From positions 186,001-250,000 of the forward strand of contig NIVC01000530.1 of NCBI GenBank assembly GCA_002269645.1: a stretch of 64,000 nucleotides of DNA, in the 5' to 3' direction. The translations under genes and the position numbers were made by a program. Below are positions 38,907 through 50,600 of the stretch, in pieces. The notes under the pieces were generated by a model. That model made no database searches and was not told the origin of the DNA. It worked only from the letters and a program-made list of their open reading frames with translations. This DNA is from Macrostomum lignano. Its lineage: Eukaryota. How positions within the stretch are numbered: position 1 is the first letter of the stretch; every line of letters starts with the position of its first letter.

Positions 38907-38970
38907 TTGGAATCGAGCCTGGGCCGCTGGCACATCATAGCGCCGCGCTAGGTCTAAAAGGCTACGCACA
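38907..38970 (-). mobile_element. tRNA-derived SINE head fragment
   Basis: TTGGAATCGAGCCTGGGCCGCTGGCACATCA (38907-38937) is identical to 43124-43154, the B-box region of the SINE at 42781-43187. Confidence 0.7.
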
Positions 38971-39417
38971 CAAATCTCCATAGACTGCAAAAGTTTTAAA
39001 ATAAACAAACAAGACTGAGTTTTTTAAGCCGATATAATCATATCTAATTAAATTGATTGCCAAAAATTGCAAAAATCCTTAACGATGACGTGATCAGAAT
39101 AACAGAACTCGAATAGCAACTTTATTGGCTGTGTTTAATTAAGAATCTTCACTTTCTTTTATCGAATAGGAAATTTCGAATTTAGAAAACCACACCGCCA
39201 GAATTTTGATGAGCGGGTGGATTGAGTTTTGCTCAGAATAAATAAAATTTAGAATAATTAATCCTGGTTGAGTACACCATTCATTAGGGGATAAACAGAT
39301 GGATAGTGGGACAGAATTATATTAACATAGCTTTACTAAATAGTTTATAAGAGAAAGTTCAATCAGATCAATCCTTGTACATTGTCAGAACATCAACGCA
39401 GTGATTTCTATCAACTA

Positions 39418-40710
39418 TATGACACAAATGACACAAATATGACACAAACACACTATGACACAAACACACTATGACACAAACACACTATGACACAAACACA
39501 CTATGACACAAACACACTATGACACAAACACATATGACACAAATATGACACAAACACACTATGACACAAACACACTATGACACAAACACACTATGACACA
39601 AACACACTATGACACAAACACACTATGACACAAACACACTATGACACAAACACACTATGACACAAACACATATGACACAAATATGACACAAACACACTAT
39701 GACACAAACACATATGACACAAATATGACACAAACACACTATGACACAAACACATATGACACAAATATGACACAAACACACTATGACACAAACACACTAT
39801 GACACAAACACACTATGACACAAACACATATGACACAAATATGACACAAACACACTATGACACAAACACACTATGACACAAACACACTATGACACAAACA
39901 CACTATGACACAAACACACTATGACACAAACACACTATGACACAAACACATATGACACAAATATGACACAAACACACTATGACACAAACACATATGACAC
40001 AAATATGACACAAACACACTATGACACAAACACACTATGACACAAACACACTATGACACAAACACATATGACACAAATATGACACAAACACACTATGACA
40101 CAAACACATATGACACAAATATGACACAAACACACTATGACACAAACACATATGACACAAATATGACACAAACACACTATGACACAAACACATATGACAC
40201 AAATATGACACAAACACACTATGACACAAACACACTATGACACAAACACACTATGACACAAACACATATGACACAAATATGACACAAACACACTATGACA
40301 CAAACACACTATGACACAAACACACTATGACACAAACACACTATGACACAAACACACTATGACACAAACACACTATGACACAAACACATATGACACAAAT
40401 ATGACACAAACACACTATGACACAAACACATATGACACAAATATGACACAAACACACTATGACACAAACACACTATGACACAAACACACTATGACACAAA
40501 CACACTATGACACAAACACATATGACACAAATATGACACAAACACACTATGACACAAATACACTATGACACAAACACATATGACACAAATATGACACAAA
40601 CACACTATGACACAAACACACTATGACACAAACACACTATGACACAAACACACTATGACACAAACACATATGACACAAACACACTATGACACAAACACAT
40701 ATGACACAAA
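39418..40710. repeat. 16-bp minisatellite (ATGACACAAACACACT) with 15+11 bp variants forming a 42-bp higher-order unit
   Basis: Direct reading; explains the MTQTHYDTNTYDTN pseudo-ORF. Confidence 0.95.
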
Positions 40711-40857
40711 CATCAAGCATAATATAAAGTATATTGACTAGACATGCTACCGCAATGACTTAACAATTAAAGCATTCTTAGTTCAATCGTAATTGAATCA
40801 AAAGTGCAGATTAAAAATCTAATGAAAAATAGAACACTGCAATAACAAGAGCAACTT

Positions 40858-42240
40858 TAATGGCCCACTGACACCGAATATAATGACCCACTGACACCGA
40901 ATATAATGACCCACTGACACCGAATATAATGACCCACTGACACCGAATATAATGGCCCACTGACACCGAATATAATGACCCACTGACACCGAATATAATC
41001 ACCCACTGACACCGAATATAATGACCCACAGACACCGAATATAATGACCCACAGACACCGAATATAATGACCCACAGACACCGAATATAATGACCCACAG
41101 ACACCGAATATAATGACCCACAGACACCGAATATAATGACCCACTGACACCGAATATAATCACCCACTGACACCGAATATAATGACCCACAGACACCGAA
41201 TATAATGACCCACAGACACCGAATATAATGACCCACAGACACCGAATATAATGACCCACAGACACCGAATATAATGACCCACAGACACCGAATATAAAGA
41301 CCCACTGACACCGAATATAATGACCCACTGATACCGAATATAATGACCCACTGACACCGACTATAATGACCCGCTGACACTGACTTTAATGACCCACAGA
41401 CACATACTATAATGACCCATAGACACAAACTTTTATGACCCACTGACACCGAATATAATGGCCCACTGACACCGAATATAATGACCCACTGACACCGAAT
41501 ATAATCACCCACTGACACCGAATATAATGACCCACAGACACCGAATATAATGACCCACAGACACCGAATATAATGACCCACAGACACCGAATATAATGAC
41601 CCACAGACACCGAATATAATGACCCACAGACACCGAATATAAAGACCCACTGACACCGAATATAATGACCCACTGACACCGAATATAATGACCCACTGAC
41701 ACCGAATATAATGACCCACTGACACCGAATATAATGGCCCACTGACACCGAATATAATGACCCACTGACACCGAATATAATCACCCACTGACACCGAATA
41801 TAATGACCCACTGATACCGAATATAATGACCCACTGACACCGACTATAATGACCCGCTGACACTGACTTTAATGACCCACAGACACATACTATAATGACC
41901 CATAGACACAAACTTTTATGACCCACTGACACCTATTTTAATGATCCACTGACATTAACTATAATGACCCACAGACACCAAATATAATGACCCATAGACA
42001 CAAACTATAATGACCCACTGACACGAACTATAATGACCCACAGACACCAAATATTATGACCCACTGACACCTACTATAATGACCCACAGACACCAAATAT
42101 AATGACCCACTGACACCAACTATAACGACCCACAGACACCAACTAAATTGACCAACTGACACTATATAAACGACACACTGACACAAATTGTAACTACCCA
42201 CTGACACCAAATTTAACAAGCCTCTGACACCAACTTTTAC
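40858..42240. repeat. 23-bp minisatellite (GACCCACTGACACCGAATATAAT), decaying to the right
   Basis: About 55-60 units with an internal block duplication (about 41290-41450 versus 41770-41930). Confidence 0.95.
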
Positions 42241-42395
42241 GACCTGACAGAAATTTGACCAACCCACTGAAACTAATTTTTACAAATGTTTGAGTGTTCT
42301 TTTAACAACGAAGCATCCCAGAGTATTAGTCGAAATAAATCGGTCTTACAGAGCGGTCTAAATTCTAGACAAACTTTTTAAAGCGTCAGTGCCCA

Positions 42396-45300
42396 CTACT
42401 CAGCCGACAGCACAAATATTCGTCGGCCTCGTCTATCGGCCACTAAGAACCGATTAGGCGCCAAGGGCAGCAAATCCGAGCACTCCTGGCAGCTCTGGTC
42501 TCGCCACAGATTGTCGCCTTGCAGAGCCGCCGCTGACTGACTACTGCTAGTAGCTGACGAGTTCGACTCAAAGAGCATCTCATCTAGATGGACGAACACG
42601 CGGCTAGACTTGATCAGGTAGATGCTGTTGCCGTCTGGCAGGGTGACGAGGCGCGGCTGGCACTGCGAGTGACCCACTCGGTGTACACCGCGACTTTTTG
42701 GACGCTGCTGCTGCTGCTGTTTGCTGTGTCCAAGTGAACTGAGAACGGAAACGTTGTTTTTTTCAAATAAAAATAATAACAATAATTGATTACATCCTTG
42801 TCCCGATTGGGCCTCATGTGCAACCGACAGCTCAGCCGCAGCTATTGCGCGGCGCATCTGAAGGCTGCGTACGGCTGTTCAGCCCTCAATTACCCGAGCT
42901 AATGCCGGCACCCATTTTACAGCTGAAGCAATGCAGAGTTAAGTGTCTTGCTCAATACGCACAGGCACGCACTCACACAGGAGTGTACAGCGGCCCTAAC
43001 TTTGTTCATCGTTAGGCATGTACACTTCACTATGGTGACTTGGGGGTTGGCCCTCAAAGCCGTTAATTGCACGAGCAGAGCCAGAGCACAGATTCCAATT
43101 TAGTCCGAAATTAATGACTGCACTTGGAATCGAGCCTGGGCCGCTGGCACATCAGAGTTCGCGCTGGACCACTGGGCTACGATACCCATCGTTAGCAAGC
43201 CCACTATCCGGATCTCTGCCGGCAAAGAGGATACAGTATAGCTACTTAACATAAAAGTTTTTGTTATACATTTTAAAGGGGGTTGTAGCCTACTCCAGTG
43301 ATTAAAGCGTCGGGATCAGGGCTTCAAGGTCGGAGGTTCGAATCCAGATCCCACTGGAACTATTTTTGTTAATTTGAGCAAGACACTCAGCTCACCCAGC
43401 TGTAAAATGGGTGCCGGCATTAGCTGGGGTAATTGAGGGCTGAACAGCCGTACGCAGCCTTCAGATGCGCCGCGCAATAGCTGCGGCTGAGCTGTCGGTT
43501 GCACATCTGGCCCAATTGGGGCAGGTGTAATCAACTATTATTAATATTGTACTTTTTAGTAACTCCACATCAAATTTTCGACGAGCACCTCCTAAAAAAT
43601 TCTTAGGGCCTATGCATGAAGTGATTTTTACCTGGAACTGTTGACCAGCAGCATAAGTTCGTCTGGCACCGGGTAGATGGCGATCTCATAGTGCTGCTCA
43701 GCCGGCTGCTGCAGCACCAGCAGCGAATGACCGCCAGAGTTGCGACTGGGATTCCGGCTGCGAATCCTGCGCTGATGTGGATGCTGCTTTTGCGGCTGCT
43801 GCGGCGGCGGCTGCTGCGGCGTCGGCGGAGGCAGCGGAGGCGACAGAATCGCTCGAACTGGCGAGGCAACGTTCAAATCCGCGACAGGTTGGAACTCCGG
43901 CCAGCAGCCACCGCGGTGTCCGGAGCCGCGGTCCAGCACCAGCAGGCCGGCCCTGGGATAGGCCACCAGTACGAGGCGACCGCCACCTGGACAGGTGAGG
44001 TCGGCAGGCCGGAAACCGGCGAAACGGCTGTGCCTGCCCGGTCGAAACTGGCGACGCAAACTGAGAGCGGGGTCAGAGAAGCGGGCTGCGTCAGTTTGGT
44101 TTGTCATTCTCTTTTGCAGATTCAGGCTTTTCCTTTCCTTTGCAACTTCGGTTTGGTAAATTTGTTAGCATTTTGTGAAGCATTTTGATTAAGTTTTTGG
44201 AGTTGGTAAAGATCCTTGATGCGAAGGTACAATTACCTGACCGCTTCGCTACTGTTTTGCACGTCGTCCACCAGCCCGGATATGCTGTTGCCCAGTTGGT
44301 CAAGCACCAGCAACTCGCCACCTCTGCCTTCACTGACTCCTCCTCCGCCTCCCACGACATCGGCTCCAGCATCCTGACAGAAGGTCAGCCGGCACGGATT
44401 AATAGCCCAAGCCGGGTCCAGACGAAAGTCTCGAAGGAATTTCCCGGCGAACGAGTACACCCCGATACTGTTAGGCGGGCAGCCGTTGGTGAGGTTCTCG
44501 GCCAGGTAGATCAGGCGGTGCGGGTCGCCAGTGAAGGCCATAGACAGCGGGCTGCCGCGAGTTTTAACTGTCCAGTGGACGAATTTCTGCTTCTGACGTC
44601 TGCGATGCTGCTGTTGCTGTGGCTGCTGATAATGATGATGATGACGCTGCACGTGAATCGGCGGCGAGCCGGAAGCTCGAAGATTGTCGAAATCGTCTAT
44701 CGAAGCCGCGTCTTCGTCGGTGTCGGTTGAGTCGGGATCATCTTGGTCGTCGGCATCATTGTCGTCGGCGCAGTTCTGGTCGCAGACGACTAGCGAGTCG
44801 GAGGCCAGGCGGCCGAGCTGGTTCACTAGCTGGACGGCTTCCTGGCTGTGCAGGCGAAAGCGGAGCCGACTTCGCCGCGAGCTGCCACCGCTGTCACTCT
44901 GGCAACAGTCGGCTACGGTAGCTGGAAGCTTCATCATTGCCCGGAGCGACTGACAAGCGACCAGGAGCTCCTGGCGTTGGCGGCGTAGCTGACGCTGGCG
45001 AATAGAGCTGTCACTGCGTTGAGTGGTAGGGTTTAAAGACTATGCTCAGGTTTGGGTTTGAGGGCGACTCTGAATGGTTTAGCGCGATTCTAATGATGGT
45101 TTTTAGAGGCGATTCTCAGGATGGTTTTTAGAGGCGATTCTCAGGATGGTTTAGCGGCGATTCTCAGGATGGTTTTTAGAGGCGATTCTCAGGATGGTTT
45201 AGAGGCGATTCTCAGGATGGTTTAGAGGCGATTCTAACGATGGGTTGAAGGCTATAAAAATCAAGGCTATAAAAATCTCAGAAAGAATTTTAAACGATTC

Positions 45301-46021
45301 TCAACGAAATCAAGGCTTACCGGAGACCGTGACGCAAATGCCTGACGAACATAGGTTTCTGACCCAGTAAAAGGGGGTTAAGTTCCCAGTATAGTGCTAC
45401 CCAGTGAAAGTGGGGCAAGTCCCTCACCACATGCACAAACCTCTCGTCGTCGCCCGTCCCGTCCGAGTAACTGGCCGCAGCTTCGGCCGCCATCATCATC
45501 TGCTCGACTCGGTCGGCCAGCGCCGCCAGGCCCGGCCCGTCCACCGGCGCTAGCTCGGCGGCCACCCGGCCAATCAGTCGGCGCCTGTCGGCCTCCAGCA
45601 CGTCGGCGGCTGCGTCGAACGTCGCGTCGATGCCGGCAATGAGGCGACTACGAGCGGCGTCGGCCCGACGAACTCGACGTCTGGCACGTCGGACCAGTCG
45701 ACGCGGCACCCGGTCGTCATCATCATCATCATCGTCTTTGTCGACTTGCAGCTTCTCGACAGAGGCGGCTCGTCGGTCCGACGTCGACGGAGGTGACAAC
45801 AGCTGCTGCTCAGCAACCGGTGCCTGAGCAGACGACGACGCCCGACTGCTGCTGCGAGCGCCGCGACTATCGACGCTTGAATTGGAGCCGACAGCGCCTT
45901 CTGCCTGCCGTTTGAGCAGGCCTGTCCACCGTTTGCGCCACTTCGGCGTCGTCGAAGACGCATCGTCATCTCCGTTCAAACCAGCAGCTGCGTCGACTGC
46001 GGCGCTGCCGGAGCTACTCAT
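42396..46021 (-). CDS. Coiled-coil plus NHL-like beta-propeller protein, about 750 aa; exons 46021-45321, 45013-44237, 44060-43632, 42738 (or 42723)-42396
   Basis: Three phase-2 GT-AG introns join four long ORFs in frame. The C-terminal half has NHL-like blades (PLSMAFTGD..LIYLAE, NSIGVYSFAGKFLRDF, ELLVLDQLGNSI, RFLVADRRGRRIFVLS). The family call is inferred. Confidence 0.7.
42781..43187 (-). mobile_element. tRNA-derived SINE with a CORE-like central domain
   Basis: On the minus strand: A box TAGCCCAGTGG, B box GGCTCGATTCC, then TTGAGCAAGACACTTAACTC...CAGCTGTAAAATGGGT (CORE-like) and a tail shared with 43278-43540. Confidence 0.7.
43278..43540 (+). mobile_element. tRNA-derived SINE with a CORE-like central domain
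   Basis: B box GGTTCGAATCC (43335-43345), then TTGAGCAAGACACTCAGCTCACCCAGCTGTAAAATGGGT and an AT-rich tail end. Confidence 0.75.
45060..45245. repeat. 23-25 bp minisatellite (TTTAGAGGCGATTCTCAGGATGG) in intron 1 of the NHL-like gene
   Basis: About 7 units. Confidence 0.9.
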
Positions 46022-46294
46022 CTTGGATTTCTTGCCAGCCTAATCTATATAGTCTCAATATCGCGATTTCGAATTTGGTTTCAGTTCTTGCTCGTAAAAT
46101 ACGACCTATATAATAGTAGCATTAAGGCCCGAGCAGTCAATCATTGGACGCCGCAATTTTCGAAACTTTGCTTGTTTAACCGACCAATCAGAAGTCGGAT
46201 TTTTAAGTATCAGTCTCTTCAGCACTGAGTGATTTTTGTTCAAATTTTATTCGAAAGGTAAATTCACGGTAGAGACTTAGCGACATAAGCTGAA

Positions 46295-47150
46295 GAGTCA
46301 GCGGGAGGACACCGGCCTGACCCACGGAGGAGTCAGTGGGAGGACACTGGCCTGACCCACGGAGGAGTCAGTGGAAGGACACTGGCCTGACCCACTGAAG
46401 AGCCAGATAGGACACTGGCTTTACCCACTAGAGTCAGGACACTGGTCTGACCCACTAAAGAGTCAGGACACTGGCTTTACCCACTAGAGTCAGGACACTG
46501 GCCTGACCCACTGAAGAGCCAGATAGGACACTGGCTTTACCCACTAGAGTCAGGACACTGGTCTGACCCACTAAAGAGTCAGGACACTGGCTTTACCCAC
46601 TAGAGTCAGGACACTGGTCTGACCCACTGAAGAGTCAGGACACTGGTCTAACCCACTGAAGAGTCAGGACACTGGTCTGACCAACTGAAGAGTCAGGACA
46701 CTGGTCAAACCCACTGAAGAGTCAGGACACTGGTCTAACCCACTGAAGAGTCAGGACACTGGTCTGACCCACTGAAGAGTCAGGACACTGGTCTGACCCA
46801 CTGAAGAGTCAGGACACTGGTCTGACCCACTGAAGAGTCAGGACACTGGTCTGACCCACTGAAGAGTCAGGACACTGGTCTGACCTACTAAAGAGTCAGG
46901 ACACTGGTCTAACCTACTAAAGAGTCAGGACACTGGTCTAACCCACTGAAGAGTCAGGACACTGGTCTGACCCACTGAAGAGTCAGGACACTGGCCTGAT
47001 ACTGAAGAGTCAGAGGACACTGGACTGGCCCACTGAGGAGTCAGGACACTGGCCTGGCCCACTGAGGAGTCAGGACACTGGCCTGGCCCACTGAGGAGTC
47101 AGGACACTGGCCTGACATTGAAGAGTCAGGACACTGGCCTGACATACTGA
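46295..47150. repeat. 29-bp minisatellite (GAAGAGTCAGGACACTGGTCTGACCCACT), intergenic
   Basis: About 28 units between the NHL-like gene 5' region and the RACK1 3' end. Confidence 0.95.
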
Positions 47151-47615
47151 AGATGTTGCAGATTAAATAAAGATTATAGATTATAAAAATAACCAAAGAC
47201 ACAAAAGCCTCATTAACAAGAATTTTTTTAAATCCAGGTTAATCCGACCGAGCAGAAAACTGTCCGCAGGACGCGCTCTCAAGCTGCATAGCAACATATC
47301 GGACCATAATGTATTTCAATCTAACCGACAATGTCCAAACGGAGGCTATTATCATCAACTTTTCCAATCTCAGCACAAACACGCGCACGCCAGAAATCTC
47401 AACAAAACAGAGGGAACAAATCGGGACAAAAAAATTAATAAATTTAAGACTTGAAAATTGCGACATTCTAAGCATTCTTAACTCACTACTGATGCTAGTA
47501 GAAATGTAGACATTTTGCTATCTTTTTTATAATTTTCTAAATAGTGAAAAGTCGCAAATTCGAGTATTAAATTTATCTATTTATTTGCCTTATCAGTTGA
47601 ATAATAGTTGTTTAT

Positions 47616-50600
47616 TTAAGCGGCCGCCATGGTGACACCGTAGACGCGGATAACTCCGTCGGTGTAGCCGGCAAACAGAGTCTGACCGTCGGCGCTCCAG
47701 GCCAGACAGAGACAGTCGGGGCTGGTCGGCTTGCGCTTGGCATCGCCAGTTGAGAACACCTCGGAGCGCAGATCGTCAACTAGGGATTTGTTCTCCAGAT
47801 CCCAGATCTTGATAATTGGACCGGCGGCGGCGCACAGCCAGTAGCGATTAGGCGAGAACGCCATGGCGTTGATGGTGTTGCCAGCCTCTAGGGTGTACAG
47901 ATGCTTGCCCTCGTTCAGATCCCACAGCATGGCTTTGCCGTCCTTGCCGCCGGAGGCGCACAGGCTGCCGTCGGGGCTGATGGCCACGGTGTTGAGGTAG
48001 CCATTGTGGCCAATGTGATTGGTGCGCAGCTTGCAGTTGGTCAGGTTCCACACCTGAGGTGATAATTCGGATGGATTTTGGATACTTTAGTAACTAAGTA
48101 TTCTTCGCAGACTACTGTTTGACTTATGACTTCTCTCTCTACCATGACTTCTATCTCTCTCTACCCTGACTTCTATCTCTCACTACCATGACTTCTATCT
48201 CTCTCTACCATGACTTCTGTCTCTCTCTACCCTGACTTCTGTCCCTCTATACCCTGACTTCTGTCTCTCTCTACCCTGACTTCTATCTCTCTCTACCCTG
48301 ACTTCTATCTCTCTCTACCATGACTTTTATCTCTCTCTACCCTGACTTTTATCTCTCTCTACCATGACTTCTATCTCTCTCTACCATGACTTCTATCTCT
48401 CTCTACCATGACTTCTATCTCTCTCTACCATGACTTCTATCTCTCCCTACCCTGACTTCTATCTCTCTCTACCCTGACTTCCATCTCTCTCTACCCTGAT
48501 TTCTATCTCTCTCTACCATGACTTCTATCTCTCTCTACCATGACTTCTATCTCTCTCTACCCTGACTTCTATCTCTCTCTACCCTGACTTCCATCTCTCT
48601 CTACCCTGACTTCTATCTCTCTCTACCATGACTTCTATCTCTCCCTACCCTGACTTCTATCTCTCTCTACCCTGGTTTCTATCTCTCTCTACCCTGACTT
48701 CTATCTCTCACTACCATGACTTCTATCTCTCTCTACCATGACTTCTATCTCTCTCTACCCTGACTTCTATCTCTCTCTACCCTGACTTCTATCTCTCTCT
48801 ACCCTGACTTCTATCTCTTTCTACCCTGACTTCTATCTCTCTCTCTACCCTGACTTCTATCTCTCTCTACCCTGACTTCTATCTCTCTCTACCATGACTT
48901 CTATCTCTCTCTACCCTGACTTCTATCTCTCTCTACCCTGACTTTTATCTCTCTCTACCCTGATTTCTATCTCTCTCTACCCTCATTTCTATCTCTCTCT
49001 ACCCTGACTTCTATCTCTCTCTACCTCGACTTCTATCTCTCTCTACCCTGACTTCTATCTCTCTCTACCCTGACTTCTATCTCTCTCTACCATGACTTTT
49101 ATCTCTCTCTACCCTGACTTCTGTCCCTCTATACCCTGACTTCTGTCTCTCTCTACCCTGACTTCTATCTCTCTCTACCCTGACTTCTATCTCTCTCTAC
49201 CATGACTTTTATCTCTCTCTACCCTGACTTTTATCTCTCTCTACCATGACTTCTATCTCTCTCTACCATGACTTCTATCTCTCTCTACCATGACTTCTAT
49301 CTCTCTCTACCATGACTTCTATCTCTCTCTACCATGACTTCTATCTCTCCCTACCCTGACTTCTATCTCTCTCTACCCTGACTTCCATCTCTCTCTACCC
49401 TGATTTCTATCTCTCTCTACCATGACTTCTATCTCTCTCTACCATGACTTCTATCTCTCCCTACCCTGACTTCTATCTCTCTCTACCCTGACTTCCATCT
49501 CTCTCTACCCTGATTTCTATCTCTCTCTACCATGACTTCTATCTCTCTCTACCATGACTTCTATCTCTCTCTACCCTGACTTCTATCTCTCTCTACCCTG
49601 ACTTCCATCTCTCTCTACCCTGACTTCTATCTCTCTCTACCATGACTTCTATCTCTCCCTACCCTGACTTCTATCTCTCTCTACCCTGGTTTCTATCTCT
49701 CTCTACCCTGACTTCTATCTCTCACTACCATGACTTCTATCTCTCTCTACCATGACTTCTATCTCTCTCTACCCTGACTTCTATCTCTCTCTACCCTGAC
49801 TTCTATCTCTCTCTACCCTGACTTCTATCTCTTTCTACCCTGACTTCTATCTCTCTCTCTACCCTGACTTCTATCTCTCTCTACCCTGACTTCTATCTCT
49901 CTCTACCATGACTTCTATCTCTCTCTACCCTGACTTCTATCTCTCTCTACCCTGACTTTTATCTCTCTCTACCCTGATTTCTATCTCTCTCTACCCTCAT
50001 TTCTATCTCTCTCTACCCTCATTTCTATCTCTCTCTACCCTGACTTCTATCTCTCTCTACCTCGACTTCTATCTCTCTCTACCCTGACTTCTATCTCTCT
50101 CTACCCTGACTTCTATCTCTCTCTACCATGACTTTTATCTCTCTCTACCCTGACTTTTATCTCTCTCTACCATGACTTCTATCTCTCTCTACCATGACTT
50201 TTATCTCTCTCTACCCTGACTTTTATCTCTCTCTACCATGACTTCTATCTCTCTCTACCATGACTTCTATCTCTCTCTACCATGACTTCTATCGCTCTCT
50301 CGTTAATAAAATTTTAGGAATTTTAACCCCCCACTACTACGCATTTTTGAAATGTGCCTCTACCTACTCAGAGTTCAGATTCCTACTGTCAAAAGCATTC
50401 TAATCAAAGAGAAAGACTCACCTTAACCAGGCGATCAACTCCGGCGCTAACAATGATGGGATTAGCGGCATTAGGCGAGAATCTCACGCAGCTAACCCAA
50501 TCGCTGTGACTATCCTCAGTGATAGTGTACTTGCACACGCCCAAGCAGTTCCACAATTTGATGGTGCGATCGCGCGAGGCCGACACAATTTGACGATTAT

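Noticed and set aside
43691-45969. Long + strand ORFs overlapping the NHL-like gene, and similar antisense ORFs over ZFAND4, WIPI, RACK1 and PP2A
   Set aside because: Antisense shadows of GC-rich coding exons with no independent splice structure or homology.
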